Assembly: GCF_016432865.1 (NCBI RefSeq)
Contig: NC_067404.1
Coordinates: 85,808,001 to 85,872,000 of the forward strand
Source of the DNA: Antechinus flavipes
Lineage: Eukaryota
Direction: 5' to 3'
Length of the DNA stretch: 64,000 nt
Positions within the stretch are counted from its first letter, which is position 1, and every line of letters starts with the position of its first letter. This document shows, one piece after another, positions 11,470 to 23,090 of this stretch. Under the pieces are notes generated by a model. The model was not told the DNA's origin. It saw only the letters and a program-made list of their open reading frames with translations, and searched no databases. The translations under genes were made by a program, and so were the position numbers.

Positions 11470-12920
11470 ATTTTTTTGGTACATATAATAACCTTGTCTC
11501 TTTCTTTGATCTCCTTGGGATACAGATCTAGTAGGGTATTGCTGGCTCAAAGTTTCATTACCCTTTGGGCCTAGTTCTTTATGTTCCTCAAAAGGGTTAA
11601 AACAGTTCATTACTCCAACAACAATGCATTAGTGTGCTGATTTTCCCTTCATCCCTTCCAGCATTGCTCATTTCTGAGAGATGTGAGATGGTACCAGGGA
11701 GTTGTTCTAATTTGCCTTTCTCTAATCAATAGGGATTCAGAGCATTTTAAAAAATGACATAGCTTTGATTTCTTTTCTCTGAAAATTGCCTGTTTATATC
11801 CTTTGACCATTAATCAATTGGGGAATGGCCCTTATTTTTATAAATTTAACTCAATTCCATGCTCAGAATATATTGAATGAGGTTTTTGCCAGAGGAACCT
11901 GCTGTAAACCCTTTTAAAAAAAAGGATTATTTCATTGTCAATGGTATCTTTGAACATAATGTAGTTCCTCTGATCATCTTTTAAGTAGGTTGATTTTTCC
12001 TTTTGCTTTGTCTGGATCCCGATTGTCGTACCTGCCTTCCTCCCCTTACCCATCCCAACATATTAGATTCTGCTCCGGCTCTTTATTTTAACTGTGTGTC
12101 TTTCTATTTCAAGCGCGTCTTTTATAAACAAAATATTGTTTGATTCTGGTTTCTGATCCATTCTGTTATCTGCTTCTGTTTTATGAATGAGCTCATTAAT
12201 TCGAGTTCACAGTTATGATTACTAATTGTATATTTCCTTTCATCCTATTTTCTTCTGTTTTTTTTTCCTTCTCCTTCTCTTTATCCTGTCCCTCCTCAGA
12301 AGTCTCTTTGACTTCTAATCAGTGCCTCCCTTAATCCACCCTCCCTCTCCTCATTCTCCCCACACTTTCTGTTACGCCCTTCTCCTCTCATTTCCCTGTT
12401 GGATAAGTTACAATTCTATACACAACTAAGTGTGTATATCTATTCTTTCATTCTTTGAACCAATCCCAATGAGAGTGAGGTTCGAGCATTGCCCATCAGT
12501 GCCCCCCATTTTCCCTTTTCTTTGTAAAAAGGTCTCCCTTGTGCACCTCTTTTATGTGAGAAAATCATTCCTCATTCTAACTAGCACTTTGAAGCTTTGT
12601 AGCCATTTGCACCTGTCTTCTTCTGAATGTATGTCTTGGTCTTCACAACCAGCAATAGCACCTTTTTAAAGTCCCATTGTTCTGTTTGCTCATTTTCCAG
12701 GGCTATTTCTTGACTTTGAACTTTATGTTGAAGTTGGGCTCTGCTTTTTTTGTGCTGCTGTTTCCAGAGCTAGTTCTAAGTATCTGTCAGTTTGCAGTGT
12801 TTCCAAGGTGACGGGATCCAGGGAGAAGGGCGGTCACTGCTCTTTCCTGTCTGCCAATTTCAGAGGCGTAATATTCTGCACCCCCTCTCCCCCAACTCCA
12901 ATCAATTAAGAAATAGATAC
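11470..12920 (-). mobile_element. Decayed L1 fragments (ORF2 3' piece, endonuclease start, inter-ORF, 5' remnants)
   Basis: Minus ORF 11838-12053 (KAGTTIGIQTKQKEKSTYLKDDQRNYIMFKDTIDNE) corresponds to the L1 ORF2 endonuclease region KAGVAILISDK...KGTIDNE. Typical antisense L1 text surrounds it. Confidence 0.8.
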
Positions 12921-15270
12921 ATGGGGGAGGATTCTGGTAAGATGGCAAAGCAGATTGGTAAATTTCAGGCTCTCTAGATTTTCCCCACAAACAACAAATT
13001 CACACTTTAGGACGACCCTAAACTGGTGAAAAATCCAAAAGACTTGGGGCAGAAGTGGGATCCTCCTGGCACAACCCAAGCAGATCTGAAGAAAGACCCT
13101 GGGCTGGAATTAACCTGTGTGAAGTGTGAACAGCTCCGGACTAGTTCTACACAAACGCCTAGTACAGACCCTTGGGGCTAGCTGGGCTTGGCTAGAGCCT
13201 CAGCAGGAACCACAGAGACTTTCACCTCTGGGACAGCGTGAGGAGTTGGGGGAAGAGTTGGGGAATGCATTGGAGAGATCGAGGGACCCTGGGCTGATTG
13301 GGAACACCAGGCCCAGCTGTGGTGTTGAGACGCAGCCCTGGGTGAGAAGGAGCCAGCGCACCAGGAGTGCAGAGGCAGGGGGCAGGGATAAAGCTGGCTT
13401 CGGGCACCTGCTGGAGGGGGGAGCTTTTGGTTTGGAATTCCAGGTCAGAGGGGAGAGCTCAAGTGAGCTCCCCACCCCACTATTGGTGTGCTTACACTAA
13501 TACTTCTCATCCCAAAAAAAAAAAAAAAGTGAACCAGCAAAGAAAAAAGAATCCAATCATAGAAATTTATTATGGTAATAGCATTAGGATTGGGGTTCAT
13601 CTTCAGAGGAGGACACTGAAGTAAAAAAAGCTTCTATCCTAAAGAGTATTGTTAAATGGCTCCCTGCCCAGAGAGAATTTGTACAAGAAATAAAAAAAAT
13701 CAAATGAGAAATATTGAGGCAAAACAAAAATAAATAAAATTGAATAAAATAATAAAAATTTTTTTAAAATGATCCAAGAAAACTAAGATTATGAAAAAAG
13801 TTATTCAATTAGAAAAGGAGATACAAAGTCTTAAAGAAGAAAATAACTCTTTGAAAATTAGAGTAGGGCAAGGGGAAGCCAGTGAAGCTATGAGAGACCA
13901 AGAAATAACAAAACAGATTATAAAGAATGAAAAGATAGAACAGAATGTGAGGCATCTTCTAAGAAAAACAACAGATCAAGAAGAGAAAACGTAAGAATAA
14001 TTGGACTATCTGAAAGTTGAGACCAAAAAAAGAACCTGGACACAATAATGCAATAACATTGTTCTGAAATGATAGAACAGAAGGGGAAAATAGAAATAGA
14101 AAAAACAATCTACTGTTCAACACACCATCTCAAAGAGATCTTTTGGGGAAAACACTTAGGAACATTATTGCCAAATTTCAAAAAGCCCAGATCAAAGAGA
14201 CAATTTTGAAAAAAAAAAAAAAACAAAACAAAAAACTAATTCAAATATGCTGAGCTACAATTAGAATTATACTGTACTTAGCAGCCATAATAAAAGATTG
14301 CAGGTCCTGGAATCATATCTACCCACAATCAAAAGAACTAGACTTGCAGCCAAAAATATCCTATTCAGCAAAATTATCTATAATATTAAATGAGAAAAAA
14401 ATGGACGTTGAACAAACTTGTAGATTTTCAGGACGTTCTATCAATCAAACCCAAACTTAATAGAAAATTTGACATATAAGAGCTAATACCAAAGATCAGT
14501 TTTAAGGAACTCAACATGGACAAATTGTTGATTTTTTTTAACATGGAAAATTTATACGTATGTTTAAGATTGACGTCAACAATAGGATAGCTCAAAAGAA
14601 AGATTGGGGTAGAGTTAAGGTAAAAAATAGTAATCCTGTTATACAAATGAGGTGTGGAGGAAGAATAGCCACAGAGGTATTAGAAGGGAGAGGAGTTCGG
14701 AAAACCTACTCGAATCCGGAATGGGTTCAATAGACAGTGCTACATATATAATGTGAAGGGTATAGCAACCTCCAAAATCTATAAAGAAATAATATGGCAG
14801 GGATGGGCAAAGGGTGAGGGAAGAGGACAGGTAGGGATAAATTAAGTAATAGCAAGGCAAGTTAGGAGCTAAATTAAAGCAAAGAGTTAATAGGGGTATG
14901 TATATGGGAGGTGGGGTGGAGTGTATGTATGTATATATCTATATATGTATACATAAATGTATCCTTTCTGAACGATAGCCTGCCTGGGGCTGATAGAGGG
15001 GATGAAAGGGGCGGAAAAGAATAAAGAAAAAGGGTATGCAGCAGAGAACAGAACAACACTTTACAAGGAAGTAAAGAAAAGATGATCACTCATGAATATG
15101 ATTTCTTCCACTAATATATATATACTTTATTGAACTGGGAATTTGTTGTTATATATTTTGAATCCCTTCTGATGTTCTGCTGGATATATGACAATGTTCT
15201 CTTTTGTTTTGTACTGCTTTTCTGTTAAAAAAAAGAAACATGAAAATAATAAAAAGAAATCTATAAACAA
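12921..15270 (+). mobile_element. HAL1-like (half-L1) element: L1-type 5' end and decayed ORF1, no ORF2, A-rich tail
   Basis: Starts gggggaggattctggtaagatggc (G-run and YY1-like AAGATGGC). ORF1 coiled-coil remnant at 13791-13994 (LEKEIQSLKEENNSLKIRVGQ...), then a purine-rich spacer and an A-rich end with no endonuclease/RT sequence. Possible degenerate TSD aagaaatagata / aagaaatctata. Confidence 0.7.
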
Positions 15271-15299
15271 GATTGCTTACATCCTATCTCTCTTTAATG

Positions 15300-17130
15300 A
15301 ATAATTTATTTTTTTATTGAATAGTATTTTTTCTCTAGTTACATGTCAAAATTTTTTTAGTATTCATTCTTTTATTTTATTTTATTTTTTTTTTGCTGAG
15401 GCAATTGTTCATTCTTACCATATTTCGCATTCCAAATTTCCCCCCTCTTCTCCCCTCTAGTTTATGCATGTGCTATCATGTAAAACACATTTTCATATTA
15501 GTCACAGTTGTAAAAAAAAAAAAAAAAGGAAACAGATCAAAAGGGGGAAAAAAAACATGAGAAAGAATAAGGTAAACAAAGACAAATCTGCTTCAATCTG
15601 CATTCAGAGTCCATCAGCTCTTGGTGTGGACGGAGATGGCATTTTCCTTCCTGAACTCTTTGTACTTGTCTTAGAACACTGTGTTTCAGAGAAGAGTAGA
15701 GTCATTCATAATTGATCATCACACACAGTTGCTGATACTGTGTCTGATGTTTTCCTGGTTCTGCTCATTTCACTTTACATCAGTTCCTACAGGTCTTTCC
15801 AGTTTTTCCGAAATCTGCCTGTTCATTATTTCTTCTTGCCCAATAGTATTGTTACATTCATATGCTATGGCTTCTTCAGCTGTTCCCCAATTGATGGCTA
15901 TTCCCTCAATTTTTAATTCTTTGCCGCCATGAAAAAGGCTGCTATAAATATTTTTGCACACGCAGGTCCTTTTGTTGTGGGAGACCATTTGATTCAATGG
16001 CGGAATGAGAAGATTCACACGGGATTCTCTTTCAGTCAGAGTTTTAAGAGGATCAAGTAGCCTCATTGGCAATGTGGGTCGGGGAAGAATGCTTATAGTC
16101 CATAAATCTGGCTCTAAGCCATAGTTAGGAATAGTAAAATCTCTATAGCAAGGCAGAGGTTGTTAGAAATAGTGTCTTTTTAGAGAGTAGCCTAGGACTT
16201 ATTGAACACAAAAATAGAACATCTATATGGTTGCCTGGGTTCAAGGAACAGTTACTCGAGTAGCATTCCTTCTGTGGCCTTAGCAGGCCTAAATAGGATT
16301 TTATCAGTGATTTTTTGAGGATTACTACTTTAGAATATAGTTTGAGATCTGGTATTGCTAGGCCACCTTCCTTTGTATTTTTTTCTCATTAATGACCTTG
16401 ATATTCTTGGCCTTTTTTCCTTCCAGATGGATTTTGTTATTTCTTCTAGTTCTATCCATAATTTTGGGATAGTTTTGTTAGAATCCTTACAAGCTGTTAA
16501 GTCATTAGAATTGATAGAGACAATAATTATCTAATTTAGCATGGTTCAGTATGATTGATCTGATCCTATAAGGAGATGTTATGGGCCAGAACTTGAAACA
16601 AGCTACTAAGTGGAACTGATAGAAACAAGGCTTGTGTTCACACCTTTAGAGAGCTCATATAAGCAAGAAGCTCTTAGGGCCACAGAGCACTCTGGGACAG
16701 ACACAGAGCACTCTGGAAGATACAGAAGGCCACAAGCCCACTCTCGGAGGTGGAGTCAGATTCATTTCATCTTCCACCTTTGTGCTGGCTGGAGCCTGAA
16801 GAAAGCAGAGACAAAGGTCAAGCTGCAAGAGCTCTTGGAACCAAGCAGAAAGATAAGCCTCTAAGAAAGCTAACCGGACCCAAGAAAAGAAATGAGAAAT
16901 AAATGTTTGGATTTTATCAGCTGGCTGTATTTGGAGTGATTATAACTCTGAACTGAAACTAAGGCTGCTTCCAGAAAACCTCCCCAAGAAACCTGCTCCC
17001 AGAGAGAACCATTATATTTTAAAGAAGAGAACACCACATAGTTTGATTGATATGGCACTAAATAAGTAAATTACTTTAGGCAAGATGGCCATTTTTTTAT
17101 TATATCGTCCTCTCTTTTGGAGTCATGAAT
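15300..17130 (-). mobile_element. Old L1 3' fragment (antisense), interrupted by a solo LTR and a ~20 bp WSINE1 3' stub at ~15385-15406
   Basis: Antisense L1 3'UTR/ORF2 signatures (cattcagagtccatcag, ttccccaattgatgg, ggccaccttcctttgta). The L1 text rejoins across the LTR at the TSD. Confidence 0.8.
16476..17038 (+). mobile_element. Solo LTR with 6-bp TSD (TAGTTT)
   Basis: TG...CA termini (TGTTAG...CACCACA), flanked by TAGTTT at 16470-16475 and 17039-17044. AATAAA at ~16898; the host L1 sequence is continuous once the LTR is removed. Confidence 0.9.
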
Positions 17131-17469
17131 GTCTTTGATTGAGTAAAGAAAGAGAATGCTGGGATTGGTTAAGAGTCCATCTAAGCTCCCCAACACCGAA
17201 CCCAACGCCAACACCTATGGGACCTCCCTTGAAGTTGTGAACAGTCTGATGGAATGAAACCACTCTCCAACTCGAGACAGATTGGAAGGACTTCAAGAAA
17301 GATCAGTCTCCCTGGGGTGAAAGGGGTGTTCAGCCCCACTCAGAGGCTATCAGGAAGAGCCAGTGAGAGGATCTCTCACCAAAGGAGTCCTTTTGTCCTG
17401 GCTTAGTAGCAGATCAGATCAGTGACACAGCCTTCAGTCCCAGGACAGGCAAGCCTTTGAAAGGCAAAT

Positions 17470-20400
17470 GGCCAGCCTGAGAAACCAGGCTGTGGCCTGG
17501 AAAAAGCAGGCACAGCTACCCACTCTGTGAGCAAGACACTGAACACAAGGGGCCCCTGGCAAATTGTCAACTAGGGAAACCAGCAGGGCTACCCCCTATT
17601 GTGAGCAAGACACCAAATACAAGGGGCCCCTGGCAAATTACAAACTGGAGAACCCAGGCTGTTTTCTGGAGAGAGCAGGCAGGACTACCCCATGCTGTGA
17701 GTAATACTCCAAACACAAGGGGCCCCTGGCAAATTGTCAACCTGGGAAACCAGGCTGTTTCCTAGAAAGAATAGACAGGACAATCTCCTCCTGAAAGCAA
17801 GGGGTCCCTGGCAAATTCTTACCCAAGAAACCCAATCAGGGCTACTCCTTGATGTAAAACTGCCTGCATGGTAAACCAGCAGGGTTATCTCCTGCTGTGC
17901 ATAAGACCCCCAAACAAAAGCGGTCCCTGTAACACTGCCAATTTGGGAACCTAAGTTGTTTTCTGGAGAGACCAGGAAAAGATACTGCAATACACCAAAC
18001 ACAAAGGGCCCCTGGCAAATATCTTACCTGGGATGCAGGGCTACCCCCTGCTGTGAGTAAGCTACCAAACATAAATGGCCCCTGGAAAATTGCCAGCTCT
18101 GGAAACCAGGCTGTTTTCTGGAGAGAACAAGCAGGGCTACCCCCTGCTGTGAGCAAGACACCAAGCAAAAAGGGTCACTGGAAAATTGCTAGTTCTGCAA
18201 ACCAGGCTTTTTTCTGGTGAGAACAAGCAGGTCTATCCCATGTGGGCAGTAAGACAAGGAGCCCATGTAAAATAGCCAACCAAGGAAACCAGCATGATTA
18301 TCCCCTGATGTGAACAAGGTACCAAACACAAGGGGCCCCTGAGAAATTGCCAACTTGGGAAACAGGCAGGCTACCCCCTACTGTGAGTAATACCCTGAAA
18401 CACAAGGAGGCCTTGGAAAGTCAAACTGTTTTTTGGGAGAGCGCAGGAAGATAGCCGGCTATCCCCTGCTGTGAGGAAGGCACAACGAGGTCTCTGGCAA
18501 AATGCCAACTCAGAAAATCATATTTTTCTGTAGGGGGGGCAGGGCTACCCCCTGCTATGAGAAATATTCCAAACACAAGGGGTCCCTGGAAAATTTCTAG
18601 CTCTGGAAACCAGGTTGTTTTCTAAAGATAACAGGCAGGTCTATTCCCTGCTGAGAGTAAGACAAGGAGCCCATGTAAAATTGTCAATCTAGGAAACCAG
18701 TTTGGGTACCCCTACTGTGAGCAAGACACCAAACACAGGGAGCCTTTGGGAAATTGCCAACTTGGGACACCAGCAGGATACCCCCTACTGTGAGTGTGAG
18801 GGGCTTCTTACTCATAACAGGAGGAAAACATAACAAGCTCTGCCTGTTCTTTCCAGAACCTGGGTTCCCAGGTTGCAATTTACCAGTGAACCCTTGCTCA
18901 CACCAGCAGGTAAACATGCCCCCTCTCTCCAAATCTTTCTTTGGGACTGCTTTCCCAAGTTGGCAATTTTCCAGGGATCCCTCCTTTGATCCCTGGGGAG
19001 GATCTAGCAGGGAGAAGTCTTGCTGGTGTCTTGGACTGGCAGTTTCCCAGGGGTTCCTTATGTTTGGTGTCTGGTTCACAGCTGGTACCTTTTCTTGCCC
19101 TCTCCAGAAAACAGCCTGGGTTCTCAGGATGGTAGTGTTCCAAGATCCCCTTGGGTTTGCTACCTTGCTGACAGCAGGGGGTAGCCTCGCTGGTTTCCTG
19201 GATTGAGAGTTTCCTAGGGTCCTCATGTGTTTGGTGTCTTGCCCACAGCAGGGGGTAGTCCTGGTTCCAATTCTCCAATGGTCCCTTGTGTTTAGTGTCT
19301 TCCTCACAGCAGGGGGTACCTCTTCCTGCTCTTTCCAGAAAACAGCCCATTTTTCTGGTTTGCAATTTTCCAGGGGTTCCTTCTTTGCTGTCTTGTTCAC
19401 AGCAGGGGATAGTTTTGCTGGTTTCTTGGACTGGAAGTTTCCCAGGGACCCCTTGTGTTTGGTGTATTTCTCACAGTAGAGGGTAGCTCTTCCTGCCCTT
19501 TTCAGCGAACAACCTGGGTTCTCAGGATGGTAGTGTTCCAGGTCCCCTAGTGTGTGGTATCTTGCTCATAGCAAGGGGTTGCCTTGCTGGTTTTTTGGAT
19601 TGCAGTGTCCCAGGGGCCCCTTGGGTTTAGTATCTTGCTCACAGCAGGGAGTAGTCTTGCTGGTTTCCTGGACTGGCAGTTGCCCAGGGGTCCCTTGGGT
19701 TTGGTGGGATGCCCACAGCAGGGGGTAACCCTGGTTCCCATTATCCAAAAGCCCCTTTTATTTGGTGTCTTGCTCACAGCAGGTGGTAGCCATGCTGGTT
19801 TCCTGGGTTGGCTATTTTACACGGGCTCCTTGTCCTCCTTCCAGCAGGGGCAGCCCTGCCTGTGCGCTTCAGAAAAAAGCCTAGTCTCCAGAGCTGCCAA
19901 TTTTCCAGTGGCTCCTCGTGTTTGATATTGTGCCCACAGCAAGGGGTGGCCCTGCCTGTTCTCTCCAGAAAACAGCCTGGTTTGCTAGTTTGCAATTTTC
20001 CAGGGGTCCCTTCTAAATACAATGGACCTCTGGGAAACTGCCCATCCACAAAACCAGCAAGGCTATGCCCTGCTTTGAACAAGACACTGAATACAAGGGG
20101 CCATTGGAATATTGGAATCAGGGTTACTCCCTGTTTTGAGGAAGATACCAAGCACAAGGGGACTCTGGGACACTGCCAACTTGAGAACCCATGCTGTTTT
20201 CTGGAGAGGTCATGAAGAGCTACCCTCTACTGAGAGGTGAGAAATACACCAAATACAAGGGGCCCCTGGGAAACTGCTATTTCACAAAACCAGCAAGAGT
20301 ACCCCCACTGTGAACAAGACATCAAGAAAGGGACCCCTGGAAAATTGCAAACCCAGGAAACCCAAGTTTTTTGGAGAGAAGGACAGGGTTACCCCCTGCT

Positions 20401-23090
20401 GTGAGCAACAGCAAATGACATCCTGGGAATGCAGGCTGTGTTCTGGAGAGAACAGGCAGGCCTACCTCCTGCTGTGGGCAAATGGCCCAGGCAAATTCCT
20501 TGCCAGGGAACCCTGGTTGCCCCCTGCTGTGAGCAAGACACCAAATGCAAGGGACCTGTAGAAAATGGCCAACTTGGAAAACAAGAGTTTTCTGGAAAAG
20601 GGGGGGGGGGGCAGGAAAAAGGCACTCCTCTTGTGAAGAAAGGGCGCCTGGCAAATTTCAACCTGTGAAACCAGGATGTTTTCTGGAGAGAACAGGGAAG
20701 ACCACCCCATGCTAGGAGCAAGATACCAAACACAAGAGACCCCTGAAAAATTGGCAGCTCTGGAGACCAGGCTTTTTTCTGGAGAGAACAGGTAGTACTG
20801 CCCTCTGGTGGGAGCAAGATAAGGAGCCCATGTAAAATTGCCAACCCAGGAAACCAGCATGGCTACCCATGATGTGAACAAGACACCAAGCACAAGGGGT
20901 CTCTGGGAAATTGCCAATTTGGGAGACCAACAGGGTTACCCTTTATTGTAAGACCCCAAACACAAGGAAAGTTACCTATTGGGGAAGCCAGACTGGGAAA
21001 GAGCAGGAAGAGCTTCCCCCTGCTGTGAAGAAGACACCAAGGGGCCTCTGGGAAATTGCAAACTGGGAAAACTAGACTTTTCTGGAGAGAGGGGACAAGC
21101 CTGCCCCCTGCTGTGAGCAATGGTAAAGTGCATCCTGGGAAACCAGGCTATGTTCTGAAGACAACAGGTAGGACTACTATGAACAAAGGGTCCTATGAAC
21201 CCAGGAACCCTGCTGTGAGCAAAACACTAAGGGGCTTCTGGCAAATCGCCAACCCAGGAAACCAGACTTTTCTGGAAAGGGGAGGCAGGGACCCCTGGAA
21301 ATTACTATCCCAGAGTGAAGCAAAATAACAAACGCAAGGGGCCCTTGGATAATTGCCAACTCAAGAAATCAGGAGAGCTACCTCTGCTGTGAGCAAGAGA
21401 CCCCTGACAAATTGCAACCCGGGAAAGTAGGCTATGTTCTGGAGAGAACAGGCAGGGCTGTAGCACCTCCTGCTGTGGGCAAAGGGCCCAGGCAAATTCT
21501 TTGCAGGAATCCAGGTTGCCCACTGCTGTAAGATACCAAACACAAGGGGTCTCTGGGAAATTGCCAATCCAGGAAACCAGCAAAACTTCCCCCTGCTGTG
21601 AGCAAGACACCAAACAAGGGACCCCTGGAAAATTGCAAACTCCGGAAACCAGGCTGTTTTCTGGAGAGAGAGAGGGCTACCCCCTTCTGTCAACAAGACA
21701 CAAGGGGCTCCTGTGACACTGCCAACCTGAGAATCCAGGCTGTTTTCTGCATAGGAAAGGAAGAAGTATTTCCTGTTGTGAACAGGACACTAAACACAAG
21801 GGGCCCCTGGGAAATAGCTGACTTGGGGGAACCAGCAGGGCTACCCTGTACTATGAGTAAGATCCCAAACACAAGGGGCTCTGAAGAATTGTCAATCCAG
21901 TAAACTAGACTTTTCTGGAGAGAGGGCACAGGGTTAGCCCCTACTGTGAGCAAGGGCCCCTTCTAAATTGCAACCTGGAAAACCAGGCTGTTTTCTAAAG
22001 AGAAGACGGAGGATGACCTCTTGCTGTGAACAAGACACCAAACACAAGTTGTTCCTGGAAAATTGCCAACTCAAGAAACCAGCAGGGCTACTCCCTATAG
22101 TGAGTAAGACCCTAAACACAAGGGGCCCTTGAAAATTGCCAATTTGTGAAGCTAGACTGGGAGAGAGCAGGAAGGGCGACTCCCTGCTGTGAGAAAGATC
22201 CTAAACACTAGGGGGCCCTGGAAAACTGCCAACCTGGAAACCAGACTTTTCTGGAAAGAGGAGTTTCCTCCTGCTGTGAGCAAGGGGCCCAGGCAAATTG
22301 CTTACTAGGGAAACCATACATGGCTACCCCTTGTTGTGAGCAAGATATCAAACACAAGAGGTCCCTGTAAAATTGCTAACTGGGAAACTAGGCTATTTTT
22401 TGGACAGAATGGATAGTGTAACCCCCTTCTATGAGCAAGATACAAAGGGGCCACTGGCAAATTGCCAAACCGGGACTTTTCTGCAAGGAAGGGGCAGGGC
22501 TATTCCCTACTGAGAGCAAAGGGCCCTTGGCAAATAACAACCTGGAAAACTCAGCTGTATTCTGAAGAGAACATGTAGGACTACCTCCTGCTGTGAGCAA
22601 AGGGCCCCCAAAATTTCCTTCCCAGGAAACCATGCAGGGATACCTCTTACTGTGAGCAAGATACCAAATACAAGGGGTCCTTGGAAAATTGCAATCAGGG
22701 CTACCCTCTGCTGGGGGTAAGACACCAAACACAAGAAACCCCTGGAAAATTATAACTTTGGAAACCAGGTAGTTCTACTCCCTGGTGGGAGCAAGCCATC
22801 ACACTTGAGTCCCTTGGAAAAATTCCATCTCTGAAAACCAGGCTGTTGTCTGGAGACAGTAGGCAGAGCTACCTATTTGGGAATACCCCCTACTGTAACA
22901 AGACACCAAACACAAAGGGCGCCTGGACAATTGCCAACCCGGGAAATCAGGCTATTTTTTTTTTTTTTTTTTTTTTGCAGACAACAGGGAGGGCTACCAC
23001 TTGTTGTGAATAATACACCATACATAAGGGGCCCCTGAAAAATTGCCCAAATGGGAACCCAGCAGAGCTACTCCCTGCTGTGAGCAGAAC
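17470..23090 (+). repeat. ~5.6 kb degenerate modular tandem array in the L1 5'UTR
   Basis: Repeated consensus CAGGGCTACCCCCTGCTGTGAGCAAG-ACACCAAACAC-AAGGGGCCCCTGGAAAATTGCCAACCTGGGAAAC-[CAGGCTGTTTTCTGGAGAGAA]. One full monomer spans 18035-18130 (96 bp); shorter monomers lack modules. Confidence 0.97.
18799..20012 (-). repeat. Inverted block of the tandem array
   Basis: Monomers read as the reverse complement (cttgctcacagcagggggtag, ttgcaattttccagggg) only in this interval; forward orientation on both sides. Confidence 0.95.

Noticed and set aside
18799-20012. Inversion as an L1 twin-priming product
   Set aside because: Twin priming inverts the whole 5' part at a single junction; here both flanks are in the forward orientation.
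17685-22734. Numerous ORFs (up to 238 aa) across the array
   Set aside because: Repetitive translations of the monomer on both strands, with no consistent frame.
17470-23090. Array as a CRISPR locus
   Set aside because: Eukaryotic context; the whole monomer is repeated and degenerate, there are no unique spacers between identical repeats, and no cas genes.
17470-23090. Array as the repeat domain of the marsupial X-inactivation lncRNA RSX
   Set aside because: It sits inside an L1 5'UTR, and no exons of the genes reported near RSX (HPRT1, PHF6) are recognisable in the window. I cannot run the alignment, so this is unsupported rather than formally excluded.
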